Of a stretch of 64,000 bases of DNA, positions 25,261 through 37,860 are shown piece after piece (the stretch's first letter is position 1; every line of letters starts with the position of its first letter). Origin of the DNA: Felis catus. Lineage: Eukaryota. Made by a program: the position numbers and the translations under genes. The stretch spans positions 228,596,001 to 228,660,000 of the forward strand of contig NC_058368.1 of assembly GCF_018350175.1 (NCBI RefSeq), read 5' to 3'. A model generated the notes under the pieces. It saw only the letters and a program-made list of their open reading frames with translations, was not told the DNA's origin and searched no databases.

Positions 25261-26769
25261 TCCAGAAAATAGTTTCTCCTGCTTTCTTCCAGTTATCATT
25301 ATCAAATATAAGTAATTGCTGTTGAGTTTCTGTCATTTGCTACCTTAAACTCCTAGCAGATATGGGTGGTAAGGCACTCACATGTGAAAAATTAACCTAC
25401 GCAACAAAAAAGGATATAAAAATAGATAGAAGTGCAGCAAGATATTACAGGCTTTCAGATCCTAGGGGTCAGAATGATGCAGGAAGCATCAAGGAGGATG
25501 AGAGACTTAAGCTTGGCTTGGAAAGTTTAGCTAAGGAGAGAAGAGTATGGTGATGTTCTGCTGTAAGATATCCAAGTGAGAAGAGACCCTGAGATTCTTC
25601 TATGTTCAAGAAGCCACCACTGATAAGGCCTTGATGACTTCTACTTTTCCCAGGAAAAAGGTCATTGATTTCCTGTTTCAAGTCTCTGAGAAAAAACTAA
25701 GAGGAGAAACACCACCAAGTCTAACGAGGGAACCTTAAAAAATATCACCTTTGTAGGCACAAATGGCTGCTCTATGTTCGCGAGTTCACATTATTAGTAG
25801 TGTACCCAACTCATACGCAGAAGATGAGAGTTTGAGAATTCATGACGCATTCACTTCATCTCAGTTTTGTACTTGGTAATATGTCGCACTTCCTTTAATG
25901 CGTGAGTGAGCCACAAGGGCACCCAGTCGACAGAGAGAGTGACACTAAAGAACGTAGAAGTAACCTGTCCCAGACAGGGTGATGTCATGAAACTCAATGG
26001 TGTGGGATGACCCCGTTAAAGGAAGTGGTACCTGACATTTCATCAGTCTTTATAGTTTATTAAGTATTTTCCAAGAAGAGTTCCATTTTTTAACATTTCT
26101 ATCTGCACAATCCTATAATTGGAAATAGAGGTCTTTGAGTTTCTGCTTTTAATGTCACACACCTTCCCTTTTACAATAAGCACTTACAAACTACAAATCC
26201 ATACATGCAAACATAGTCATGAGTTCAGAGCCCTGAAAAGTTTGGCAGGGGTGGGGAAAAAGAGAGAAAAATGGTAATTGAGCACGATACCTCTTGAGGG
26301 ACGGCTGATGTGGATGGTCTGCCTCCCTTTACAACCTGCATTTGTGTCAATAGCCTATGTGGTCTCTATGCAGGGAGGTTCCAGAGACAACAGTAGAGCA
26401 ACTGTGAGATGCAGTGAAGATGATATTCCCTGAATGTTTAGTTTGGCAGAAGATAAACTGTACAGTTGTGGTCGTGATTCAAGTCTACTTCTACATATAC
26501 ATTTAAATCTGGCTGTTGCCTTTTCTCAGTTAAAAAGAGTGAATTGTCAGCTTTAGGAAGGCCATATTGAGAGCAGGAATTTTTAGAGTGTTCCACAATA
26601 AACTCAACTTATGCTCAGCCATTTCAGGTTTTGAGTATACATGATTGCTGACCAAAGTTTCCCATGGGAAATAGGGAGGAAAAAACAAAACAGAAGAAGT
26701 AATCACACTGTTGGTGAACTTTACATCATGTCCCAAATTGGAGAAACTTCTTGAAGTACACAATGATTA

Positions 26770-26940
26770 TGCATGCCATTTATCAAGCAGTTATTATATG
26801 CCAGGCACTGTGTGTATTACCACAATCCTATGAGGTACATATTCTAAAATCCATTTTAGGTCAACGGGAATTGAGGCGTAAAGTTTAATGCAATTACCCG
26901 AGTTCACACAATAAATAAACACAGAACTAGAGACCAATCC
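26770..26940 (-). mobile_element. MIR relic
   Basis: tatgccaggcactgtg…cacaatcctatgaggta…ccattttagg…attgaggc. Confidence 0.7.
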
Positions 26941-27395
26941 TTTTCTCCTTGGATTCAAGTGGGATTGAAGATATATTTTGAAAGTAGAACTAAGAGGATT
27001 GGTAAGCAAACTGGTTTTGGGATATGAAGGAATGAGAAAAGTGAAAAATGACTTAGAAGATTCTTTAGCTCGAGCAATTGAACACTAGAGTTACCATCTC
27101 CTGAGATGGGACAAAACCGGGAAGGTGCACCTGAAAAGAAAATGAATAATTCATATTACATATTATGTTTCAGGTACTTATTAAATATTAAATGGAGGTG
27201 TCACATAGGAATTTGGCTCGAGGACTTCTGAATTTGAGGGAAAGCTCAAGGCCAAGGTTACAAATTTGGGTGCCATCAATTTAAAAAATTCACTTCTATC
27301 CAGAGGACTTCCTGCAGTAATAGAAAGAGTAAATGTTAATAGAGAAGGGCCAGAGGACTGAGAATATGATACTCCACCTTTTTAAGCTCGTGAAG

Positions 27396-27767
27396 TATTA
27401 TGGGTGGAATTGCATCCACCCACCAAATTCACGCTGTGGAAGACTTAACCCCCAAAGTGACTGTATTTGGAGATGGGGCCTCTAAGGAAGTAATAAAGGT
27501 TAAATGAGGTCATAAAGTAGGACCCCAATCCAATAGGCCCAGTGTTCTGATAAGAGGAAAAGACACCAGGATGCTCACAAGAAGAAAGGGCCATATAAGG
27601 ACACAGTGAGGAGACGGTGATCTATAAACCAGGGGAGGTCTCAGAAGAAAAACTGGTGACACCTTGACCTTGCATTTCCCATATCTGTAACTGTGAGAAG
27701 TAAATTCTGTTGTGTAAGCCAGCCAGTCTGTGGTACTTTGTTATGGTGGCCGTAGCAAACTAATACA
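27396..27767 (+). mobile_element. MaLR solo LTR (MLT1B-like)
   Basis: tattatgggtggaattg…gtgactgtatttggagatggggcc…agcaaactaataca. 5-bp TSD tgaag (27391-27395 / 27768-27772). Confidence 0.85.
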
Positions 27768-27898
27768 TGAAGAGAGGTCCCAGTCCAGCAGGAGTGACAC
27801 AGAAGCAGCCTTCAATGAGGTGGAGGGAAAACTGGCCATGGGGGTGTCCCTCCAAGTCAGAACTGGAGGAGGGAAAGATCAGCTGTGTCAAATCCTGC

Positions 27899-28486
27899 TG
27901 ATCAAGAGTCTTAAAGTTGCTCTCAGCTTGGCTGAAGTTCAGACAGGATTTTTCCTGACTCTAAGCCTTTGAATTCCCTTTCCTTAAAGCATTTACTTTA
28001 GAAAACTTGTAAGTTCTTTCTCTGTCTCTTTGAGATGTGTATCTTTTAAAAAAAACTTCTAGCCACCATCACAAGCCAGGAATGTCTTCCTCAAGGACCT
28101 GGGAGCCATCCCTTTGGAGCATCATCATTAAGGATGATGGTGCTCCTATCTCCCAGTTGCTTTGGGAAGATAGGAGCATGACTTCCATTTGGTGCTGAAA
28201 AGCAAGTACAGATGGTCTAATCAGAAAGAGAAAACATTTGTGATTTCAGGAATAACTCAGCATGCTCAACACATCCCATTGATCAACCTCATGCCTGATT
28301 TTCCCCACTTTTTCCACTAGCTCACCCCAGTGATGAAAACTACTCCCATGTTTTGTTTCAGTAGAGTTGAGGCTTTAGTTTTGGCCTCTCTCTTCTATTG
28401 CAATATTCTTTTTTTCTCCCCTTAATATTCTTGAATAAAGTCTTCCTTGCTTGTCCAATGTTTCCTGGTGTATTTTTGCTTAGACA
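27899..28486 (+). mobile_element. ERV1 LTR (MER34-like)
   Basis: gcatttactttagaaaacttgtaa…ccaggaatgtcttcctcaaggacctgggagccatccctttg…cttgaataaagtcttccttg…ttagaca. Confidence 0.7.
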
Positions 28487-30239
28487 GGACCAGTAAATTG
28501 AGGATTGATAACTGATCACTGTACTCTCAACATGGATGTCATTAGTGGACTATAGCTTTAGGTTTAAAGATTCAGTGAATAACATATTTTCAGAATACCA
28601 GTAGATGATTGATATGGAGAAATTAGTTCACTGGTTTCAATGACAATATCTCTTTACTTTGTGATTAATGAATTATGTTACAAATAGTCACTTCTTTTTG
28701 ATTCTCTTCAAGATTTTAGGTATTTGAAAATACTCAGAAATATGGCATAAGCTGTTTAAGTATGCAGTGGTTATTCAAACACAAATGGTTACATTTTATT
28801 TTTTTAAGTTAAAGGTGGAAACCTACTTGAGATGAAATAAACTTTACAGATAATGGAATCTGATACACTGGCCCATGGAGGGAGCTATCTTCATGACATT
28901 TGATTAGCATCTTCTGAAGAATTTTTTTAAAGCTTGTGAGGAAAATTCCATTTCTTTTTCTTGTTAATGCTTGTTTTCTTCACGTGGTTCTTTTATGCAA
29001 ATATCCCTGGTTATGGTTTTGGCGAACAATTCAGGCCAGGCTGACACGTTAGTGTCAAAGAAGTGGAGGATTTCAAAACTCAATGCTAAGCTTGTGGATT
29101 TGCAAACAACCCATCAAGCTGTATCTAAAATTACCTTTGCTGCTTGGAAAATGACTGTTAACTTGTACTGCGCTCAGAAGTGGCAATTGCTAATTATATG
29201 GAAATATTTTAACTTAATGAAGTAAGAAAAATGTAGTTGGCTTCCTTATTTTAATATTCTTTTTTCTTCTCTGCTAGTTTGATGTCCTAACCTACTTGAC
29301 AATTTTCTCTCTTGTTTCTGGATTGAAACAGTCTAAGGGATATTTGTTAGAAAATTCACCAGAATGTGTATAAATTAAACATTTGCAAAGTACCTTTCCT
29401 TTTCAGATCCTCAATTCATCCTTTCTTTCCTTGTGTCAAAAGAGGTACACAATTATTGAAAAAAAGTCTGGAAAGCATAACAACAAAAAGGGAAACGACA
29501 ATGAAAGTGCCCTGAGCCACAGGTAAACTGTTGAGAAGGTGCTATCGCATTCAAGCCAAGACGGCAACAAGATTCCATATTGTGGATCTCTTCCTGCTCC
29601 AAATGCATAATGACAATGATAGAAATTTAAAAGAGGACATTCAAGAGACATATGTATACGATAAAATCAATGCAAACAACTTTGTGTAACAAATAAAAAA
29701 AAAATCTTACTTGGAAAACATTGTGCCTAGCTGATGCTGTGAGGTACTGGGGTCGCACAACATGTGAGCACTGAGAGTTTAGCCTTCTTGGGGAAATGAG
29801 GATAAGAGCTCCATTTAATCAACTCTCAATGCTTAGAATCGGTCGCTGGACCAGGACTCTCAGTCCTAAGGTGACACAGGCTGTGACCAGAAAGCGAAAG
29901 GAAATAACAAAATAACATATGTTTAAGTAATGCTGTTCTCTGGCTTAGGGGCTTGATCTCTATATGCTCAATAACACCAGGTACAAGAGTCCTCAGCCCT
30001 CAAAAATAGATTGAGTTCTGAACCAGGGCCATGGGGAGTACAGAGACAGAGGGAGAAATGTTGTGGAGAGGGAGAGAGAGAGAGATTGCAAGACAGAGAG
30101 AGAGAGAGAGATCTTTCCTCAACATGAATCTTACATTCATACAAAATATCAGTAACATATAAGGCAAAATAAAGTAGTGACACATAAGATAGGCGAATAT
30201 AAAAATGACCAATAAATACTAGAATGGGAAATATATTCA

Positions 30240-30890
30240 TTTAAATAAACTTAATAGATTGATAAACTTCAAGCTGGATAAAACCAATGATAGAATAAAT
30301 AAAGAAATCATATTTAAGAGTTAGCTAAGGGTCCAGTAAGAGAAAAGATCAAACACACACATGCACACACACACACACACACACACACACTACACACACC
30401 ACGTGCATATACATATTTAAAATGCAAATATTAGGCAGCAGAGAAAACAGAAATTGGAAAGCTTCAATATTTATATAATTGGAATTCTTAAAGAAGAGAA
30501 GTAATGACATAGAATCAATATTTGTTCAAACTGAAGGATTGTTTAAAATTAAAGGAGAAATAAGCAGTTCATTTCAAATTTCATGTAGTTAAAAAAATTT
30601 CCCACCTGGATAAACTGAAAATATTGAAAACTTGAAAATATCCAAGTAAAGACATATCATATGAAAAAAGGACAAATATTTCCTAATTACTCTGATAAAA
30701 TTTTCATCAGCAACAACAAAAAGATGCTAGAAGACAGTAGTATAATGACTCCAAGTACTCAAGGAGTATTAGTTAACTAACTAACTAGTTAGTTAACTAT
30801 GTAACTAATATTCAATAGAAGGGCACATCGGAGGCATTGCAGGAGCCAAAAGATGAAGACAGTTTGTCATTCACAAACCCTTGGAATTAT
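30240..30890 (+). mobile_element. Ancient L1/HAL1-like ORF1 remnant
   Basis: A-rich sequence with decayed ORF1-like motifs (tataattggaattcttaaagaagag; ttttcatcagcaacaacaaaagatgctagaagacagt). Confidence 0.45.
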
Positions 30891-30899
30891 TACTCTTTC

Positions 30900-31110
30900 T
30901 AAAACAGAATCCTTACCCATTCATCACTGTAACATATTAGAATATGTTTATCACATTAGTATATTATACTATACCATACTATTTTTTTCCCACTGGTTTT
31001 TCCACTAGAATACAAGGCCCACAAGGGTGGGGACTTTATATATTTAATTTGTTGCTGGATTTCTGTCCTTTGTTGATGGGCACTCAAAGATATCTGAACT
31101 GTTAAGATGG
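30900..31110 (+). mobile_element. L2 3'-end relic
   Basis: tccactagaatacaaggcccacaagggtggggacttt…tgttgctg. Confidence 0.55.
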
Positions 31111-31549
31111 AACTACTTTATGAGATAGCTCTGCTTAGATCAAGTATGGAAAAAAAAAAGAGAGATTTCAGAGGCATAAGTGCTTATACTTGTGTTTCTG
31201 TAATTTTACTTTATTATCTTCTATTGGCTTAGTTAATACAATAAGATTTATATCTCTTTCTACTGCCAATGCCTTACATGCCTGCCTATTATTGACTTTG
31301 TATTGGGATACAGGATATCCTAGACTTAATAGCTCATGTGTTGTTAAATTTCTGCATGATAAAGTATTTAACTACAGTTTATTTTAGTCTGTGGAATTTA
31401 TGTCCAGATAGGTGTAATTTCTATCCTAGGAGTGGCTATCATTTGGAACACCTTAATTTGAAATCTTCATCTCAGGAATTAGCATTAGGGATTGAAAACT
31501 CGGGGTTATCAGTGAATTCTAACAATAAGATAAGGATTGTTGAAAATAC

Positions 31550-31759
31550 TTTTTTTTTAATGTTTTTATTTTTGAGACAGAGACAGACAGATCGCAAGCA
31601 GGGTAGGAGCAGAGAGAGAGGGAGACACAGAATCCAAAGCAGGCTCCAGGCTCTGAGCTGGCAGCACAGAGCCCAACGTGGGGCTCGAACTCACAGACTG
31701 TGAGATCATGACCTGAGCTGAAGTCAGACGCTCAACCGACTGAGCCACCCAGGCGCCCC
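31550..31759 (-). mobile_element. CanSINE
   Basis: Full antisense element ending ctgagccacccaggcgcccc. Confidence 0.95.
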
Positions 31760-32296
31760 AAAATTACTTTCTAACTAGAGAATTGACTGTGACTGTGGCA
31801 AGTTGTGAGGGCGGCTAGAGGGATGGTGTGGTCAACTCTGCCCTTTTATGTGCAACCTAGGAGGATCTAGCAAGGACAAGTGAGCAGTACATTAGGTCTA
31901 TAGGTTCTAGTTTCCTGAAGACACTGTCACCTGGTCCCAGAAGCCAGAATGATTCTGCCATCAAAATATTGTTTCATTCATCTTAGAATGAATCTTTCAA
32001 TCCTGGGAATTATTGGAGTGCCTGAGATAAATAGTGCAGTCTTTGGTGTAGATTATTAAAAATAGATTGTAAGACTGCTTTTGTGCCTTCTTGCTAAACT
32101 AAAATAGTTTATTTTGTCTAAAACATATTTTCATTATAGAAAATCACCTAGTAACCTCATAACCAGGTATTAGAAGATGAGGCTTAAAGTCTTATTTAAC
32201 TCTAATTGCTGAAGATTATTGATATTTATCAAAAAAAATCTGACCTTGCCCGACAGCTAATCCATAGTCAGATGGAAAAGTTGTAGAATAGCAGGC

Positions 32297-32335
32297 TGTA
32301 TCAGTAAGCATTTTCCAAAGAAGCAGAACCAGTAA

Positions 32336-32378
<43 letters not shown>
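32297..32378 (-). mobile_element. MLT2-like (ERV-L) LTR terminus followed by (TA)n
   Basis: tgtatcagtaagcattttccaaagaagcagaaccagtaag plus (TA)n resembles antisense MLT2 TGTATTAGTCAGGGTTCTCCAGAGAAACAGAACCAATAGG(TA)n. The rest of the LTR is not seen. Confidence 0.55.
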
Positions 32379-32380
<2 letters not shown>

Positions 32381-32440
32381 CCCTATCTTTACTTGAATAT
32401 TTTCAAGTTTTAATATAATTTATCCAGATGGGGATATTTT

Positions 32441-32655
32441 TTTTATAATTTTTTTTAACGTTTATTTATTTTTGAGACAGAGAGAGAGCATGAACGGGGG
32501 AGGGGCAGAGAGAGAGGGAGACACAGAATCTGAAACAGGCTCCAGGCTCTGAGCTGTCAGCACAGAGCCCAACGCAGGGCTCGAACTCACGGACCGTGAG
32601 ATCATGACCTGAGCCGAAGTCGGCCGCTTAACCGACTGAGCCACCCAGGCGCCCC
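32441..32655 (-). mobile_element. CanSINE inserted in an inverted duplicate segment
   Basis: TSD ag(a/g)tggggatatttt (32426-32440 / 32657-32671). Confidence 0.95.
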
Positions 32656-32922
32656 AAGGTGGGGATATTTTTAACTACATGAAATTTGAAATGCACTTCC
32701 CCGATGACCTATTATTCCTCTATTTTTAAACAATTCTTCAGTTTGAACAAATATTGATTCTATGTCATTTCTTCTTTTCTTTAAGAATTCCAAATAATTA
32801 AATATAAATGTATTTACATATATATATAATCTTACTGGTTCTGTTTCTCTCTGTCTCCATATATATGTATATACATACATATATATGTGTATATATATCT
32901 ACATACATACATATGTATATAT

Positions 32923-32974
<52 letters not shown>

Positions 32975-33719
32975 ACTATGGACACTTATTTAATGGCCAA
33001 TGCATGATCATTCAGAAAAAAAAAAAAAGATCCTTGTTATGTGGTGGCAAATTATTTGGTGACAATGTTACCTGAATAAACTTGGAATGCATATAATGTA
33101 CCTAATGAACAGATAGCATTAGTGGAAAAATTTGAAAGCAGATTGTTATTAGATAGGTTTGTCATCCCATTTGAAAAGGCACTAAAAGAAAGAGAACCTA
33201 ATTGGCTGATTTGCAAGCTGGAATGAAGAAAGTAGTGTAGCTATTCAGCCACTTGTAGGTTTGGAACAAGTAACTGCTTTTCAACCCCAAACAATAAAAG
33301 ACAAATAAAAAAATTTATTAAGCAACAAAATCAGATGAAACCACTGTCTAAATGCAAGGATCAAATTAAAGATCCAGCTTTCAAATTGTTCAACCTTTGA
33401 ATGGCTTGGGTGCACCTCATGAAGCCTTTTCCTTGGAGAAAGTGACTTAGGGGAAAGAAACCACAGTGTGCTTTTCTCCTGGAAACCTATTAGGCAGCAT
33501 TTATACTCAGAGAGAGGGGGAGAAAAAGTCTTGGGAAAAAGTATGGGTGTGGTTCTTAGGACGCGCTGCTAACTAAAATGAAATAGGCAAGTATTTGAGA
33601 CAGACAGACTAGCAAAGAGAAGACCTGGTTCACATTTTACTGTTTTGACCATTGAATAACCTTGAACTCTCACATTTATATGGGAGAAAACAACCTGAGA
33701 ACCTGGTAAGTCCGGAAAG

Positions 33720-34393
33720 AGAATGCGGTGGCCCTGAGGATATGTTCTTCAAAATATTAACTGCAGAAAGCATAATTACCAATGGCTCCAGTGGTCCCTC
33801 CAAAACCATCACCACATGTGTGCTTGGGCTACACTTCCCACAGGCTGCTCCCCACTAATGACTGAATATGGGGAGGCTCGTTCCCAGGAGCAGGACCCCT
33901 CTAATGGGAAACTTTGGCTCAAGGACTCACTGATGTCCTTGTCAAAAGTTCCTTAGAATTTTCACGCATTTTAACATGCATCAACCTTCCTTCCCCTCAC
34001 TTCTTTCTCTTTACATTTTTTTTTTAACATTTATTTATTATTAAGAGACAGAGTGCAAACAGGGGAAGGGAAGAGAGAGAGGGAGACACAGAATCGGAAG
34101 TAGGCTCCAGGCTCTGAGCTGTTAGCACAGAGCCCGACACAGGGCTTGAACTCTCAAACCACAAGATCATGACCTGAGCCGAAGTCGACGTGTAACTGAC
34201 TGGGCCACCCAGGCGCCCTTCCTCAGTTCTTTCTCTTTTTCCTTTCCTTGGGGTCAGGCCTGTATATGATCTGAAGGTTCCCCAGTCTCTTCTAGCACCT
34301 TCTCCATTTTCTTCCACAGGCATTTCTCTAAATAAATTTTTGCACATGTAGTACTCTCTTGGCATCTGCTTCTTATAGGTCGCAGACTATTAC
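33720..34393 (+). mobile_element. ERV-L LTR (LTR16-like) containing a SINE
   Basis: atgggaaactttggctcaaggactc…ccacaggcatttctctaaataaatttttgcacatg…cttggcatctgcttct…gactattaca. Confidence 0.65.
34016..34218 (-). mobile_element. CanSINE
   Basis: Antisense element ending gccacccaggcgccc. Confidence 0.9.
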
Positions 34394-34744
34394 AAAGGGC
34401 ATGTTCTGGAGAACATCCTCTTCAGAGGTGGCCTAAAAGAGAATAATGAAGGACATTCCAGAGGTTGGAAGCAAAGGGCTAAATAAAACAATGGGCTGGA
34501 AACCCCCTTGCAAGGGCTAAAACCAGGGCATAACCATGAACATTTCCCTTTCCTTAGAAATTTATGCTTAGCTCCAGGAACTCGACTGCTTAGTATATCA
34601 TGTTCTTTCCACCTTCTAAATAAGAGAGTTTATTGCAGATATCTTGTTCCTGACCCACAATTGTTTACAGGTGGGTTGTTGACAAATAGCTTATCTTTTG
34701 AGTACATAGTTCTCTGGATCAAGAGGAGATGGTTTCAGCCTACA

Positions 34745-35354
34745 GTATACACTGCATCAGTCAGGAGACAAAAACCACACCACTTATTTAATGGGGAATT
34801 CAATAGGAAACACTGTAGGTGAAAAGGCAGAAAGGGAACACGAAAGCTATCACAAAGAGTATGAAATGGAAGCAGCTACCACTTTCAGGGGTTGGAAACA
34901 GAAAGAAAAAGTCAGGATTATTGCAGAACTGGATTCTGAGCTGGATTCAGCCCTCTAATGTGGAAGAGGAAGTCTCTGTGGATGGAGTGCAAACCTCAAT
35001 GGTCTGGCACTCGCCCTTGTTCGCCGGTTCCATTGTCTCTGAGGGGACAAAGTGAGTGTTTCCTTTGAAGAGCCGTGAAAAATTACAAACCATTATTGGC
35101 TGCTGTCGCTGGCATATCTCCCACTGATGTACCGCAGCACTCTTACTGGAGTGATTTTGCAGGATCAAAATGCAAGCATCACGTATCTTTTTTCTTCTTC
35201 CAGTCTCCAGTCTTCTCCTAGAATCCCCAGAGGGAAAGCCCAACTGGGAGTCAGCTGGCAAAAGAGAAAAGATGGTTTGCAGAGTCTCAGTGTCATCAAG
35301 TACAGTGCAGCAGGTAAAATTCAAGCTGAAAGATAGCAGCTTAATGATGAGCAT
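34745..35354 (-). mobile_element. ERV-L LTR (LTR41-like)
   Basis: cagtcaggagacaaaaaccacacc at one end and cagctggcaaaagagaaaagatggtttgcagagtctcag…agctgaaagatagcagcttaat at the other match recalled LTR41 termini. Confidence 0.65.
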
Positions 35355-35544
35355 ACCTCCTGTTATAAATATTACTGTACATCACTCAACTGCTAAGCCT
35401 TTATGTCTCATGGCATGGCTGGATAAACATCTTTAAATTTTTTTTTTTTTTTCTCATTCAGAGAGGCTGTAAGTGTATTTCAGTTGTCAGGTAAACAGTG
35501 AAACAAATATTTGCCGATCAGAAGGGTAGACTGTGCTGGTCTTT

Positions 35545-35935
35545 AGGGTTATTTATAATGCATGTCTTTTTCTTCCCTAATTTTGGGGCATAAGGTTGGT
35601 TCATGCTCTAACTTTTTGTGATAGAGCCACAAACCCATTTCTGACCCATGAGTGGAGACTGGGAAGGGTGTGTATCATTTCTGGGGTCTGCCTTTAAGTT
35701 TTGACCCAAGGCTCTTAGGAGCACCCTCTTTCCTTCTGTATACCTCAGAATGACCCCCAGAGTTCAAGATAAGGCTGCCTCATTAGCCTAGATCCACAGG
35801 GACTAAGGAGCAAAGTCTCTAGTTAATCACAATACCCATGAAACATGAAAGAGAAGGGAACCATGCTGTGCTTAAGCCAATGAAATCTGGGGGCTGTTTA
35901 TTAATGCAGCTAATCTACTGCATTTCTGACTGATA
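35545..35935 (+). mobile_element. MaLR LTR (MLT1J-like)
   Basis: aagccaatgaaatctgggggctgtttattaatgcagc…ctgactgata 3' end. Confidence 0.6.
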
Positions 35936-36027
35936 ATCATTTCTGACTGATAATATCTATGTTTGTTTCAAAACAACTTCTTAGTGATGTACTCTTTCTC
36001 TGGTGATAACATGGATGAACTAAACCT

Positions 36028-36061
36028 TTTAAAGTTTATTTTAAAAATTGTTTATTTCTCT

Positions 36062-36102
<41 letters not shown>

Positions 36103-36288
36103 AGTTTATTTATCTTATTTTGAGAGAGAGAAGGGTGGGGGGGGACAGAGAGAGGGAAAGAATCCCTGGCGAGTTCCATACTGTCAGCCTGGAGCCCTCC
36201 ATGGGGTTCAATCCCCCAACCCTGGGATCATGACCGGAGCAGAAATCAAGAGCCAGACGCTCAACCAAATGGGCCACCCAGGTGCCCC
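36028..36288 (-). mobile_element. CanSINE with (TTTA)n tail
   Basis: Antisense head …gccacccaggtgcccc. Confidence 0.9.
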
Positions 36289-36378
36289 TATTCCACTTCT
36301 TTTTAAAAAGTAAGTTGAGATAGCTAGTAACTGTAAACTGTAAACAAATAAACAAACAGTAAACAAATGCTAAATGAT

Positions 36379-36810
36379 TGTTGGAGGTCCCAAGAGGATG
36401 ACCATTGGTTGACCAGCAAGCTGGATGCAGGCAATCAGAGACACCTCACCCTCTCCCCTGTCCTTGGAATGTACATTCTGCCCATCATTCCCACCCACGG
36501 AGAAAGCTGTTTCCAGGGACACAGCCTTGAGACAGTAATGTGTTATTAAGACCATCTGGACTGTGTACATGATTGAACTCCATTAAGGCCTTTGTAGAAA
36601 CTCAAGATTCTCTGCTGATGGGTGTGGAGATCTACTCATCCTGCAGGGATACAAGACAAACCTCATAGGTAAGTTCCCTGGCTTGTTAAACCTCCCACCT
36701 ACCTGTCATTCTGGAGTGATCTGCCTCTTTTTTCAATCTCTCCTTGTCCTCAGTGTATGAGGGCCAGTTTCAGATTTCACCTAAGAAATTCCCAAGGTTT
36801 TGAACCATCA
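36379..36810 (+). mobile_element. Solo LTR (family unassigned)
   Basis: TG…CA termini (tgttggagg…gaaccatca) and 5-bp TSD (a/g)tgat (36374-36378 / 36811-36815). Internal donor-like AGGTAAGT. Strand assignment tentative. Confidence 0.65.
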
Positions 36811-36946
36811 GTGATCCTTTTTATATGGACAAAATTGATTTGAATTATAGAGCTGTCTGAACGCCAGAGGCCTTCCCCCAGTTTGAATTTTAAGGAAATT
36901 AAAATATTTTTGATTTGGCCAAAAAGTACATTTTAAATAAAAACTT

Positions 36947-37191
36947 TTTTAAATTTTTATTTATTTTTAAATTTTTTTTTAACATTTATTTATTTTTGAG
37001 AGAGAGAGAGAGAGAGAGAGAGAGCATGAACAGGGGAGGGTCAGAGAAAGAGGGAGACGCAGGATCTGAAACAGGCTCCAGGCTCTGAGCTGTCAGCACA
37101 GAGCCCAACGCGGGGCTTGAACCCATGGACCACGAGATCATGACCTGAGCCGAAGTCTGACGCTCAACCGACTGACCCACCCAGGCGCCCC
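36947..37191 (-). mobile_element. CanSINE
   Basis: Perfect TSD tttaaataaaaactt (36932-36946 / 37192-37206). Confidence 0.95.
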
Positions 37192-37699
37192 TTTAAATAA
37201 AAACTTAAAGAAATACAAATGCATTTAGTATTTGTAGTCAGCCCAGTGTATCTGTTAGTGGTTGATTGTTAATGTGGTCTTAAAAACTTGCCAAAATCCA
37301 AAAGATGTGACGGTGCTAAGCCTAAACAACTGAATAATTCATCATTGAAAATTAAATAATTTTCTCTTTAAAAATTTAAAATGCATGCATTTGAAAGGCA
37401 TAACTATGGCTATAATTTCAAATCTGTATTTTTAAAACAGGGAAGAAAGTAGAATAAAAACCTTATTGTAGGTGACCCTATAAGCTCTCAAATGGAGGTC
37501 TGAGCCTTTATTTTCATAGGTTATGCTGGGCATTTTTTAAAAGTAGATAACATTGTAACCTTTAAAAAGCCAGATTTTTAATTACCAGAATAAATCTTAG
37601 ACCTTATTTCTTTACATTGCTTTCTATTTCTCAAGTCTCATAATCCATTTGAATTGGTGTAGAAGTCAGGTAAAGAAAATCACATGTGTTACTTATCTA

Positions 37700-37860
37700 T
37701 TTATTTTCCCCAGCTTGATTGAAATATAATTGTCATATAAGACTGTATACATTTAAGGTGCAGAGCTGGTTGATTTGATACACTTATATACTATAAAATG
37801 ATTAACACCGGAGTGTAAGCTAATACCTCCATCCTCTCACATAATCACCATTTTTTAATT
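37700..37860 (-). mobile_element. L1MA-like 3' end fragment
   Basis: cagcttgattgaaatataattg…tacatttaaggtg…tgatttgatacac…ctcacataat. Confidence 0.7.

Larger units (their letters stand above)
26945..28560 (-). mobile_element. L2 LINE relic interrupted by two LTRs
   Basis: Purine-rich antisense L2 motifs (gatatattttgaaagtagaactaagaggattg…; tcagctgtgtcaaatcctgctga…) resume on both sides of the LTR insertions. Confidence 0.65.
32970..35545 (+). mobile_element. MaLR (MLT1) internal region with nested insertions
   Basis: gatccttgttatgtggtggcaaa…aatgtacctaatgaac is an MLT-int motif. It resumes at 34395-34740 and 35355-35545 and is followed by an MLT1 LTR. Confidence 0.6.

Noticed and set aside
30768..30810. 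Palindromic taactaactagttagtta stretch
   Set aside because: Low-complexity (TAAC)n-derived symmetry.
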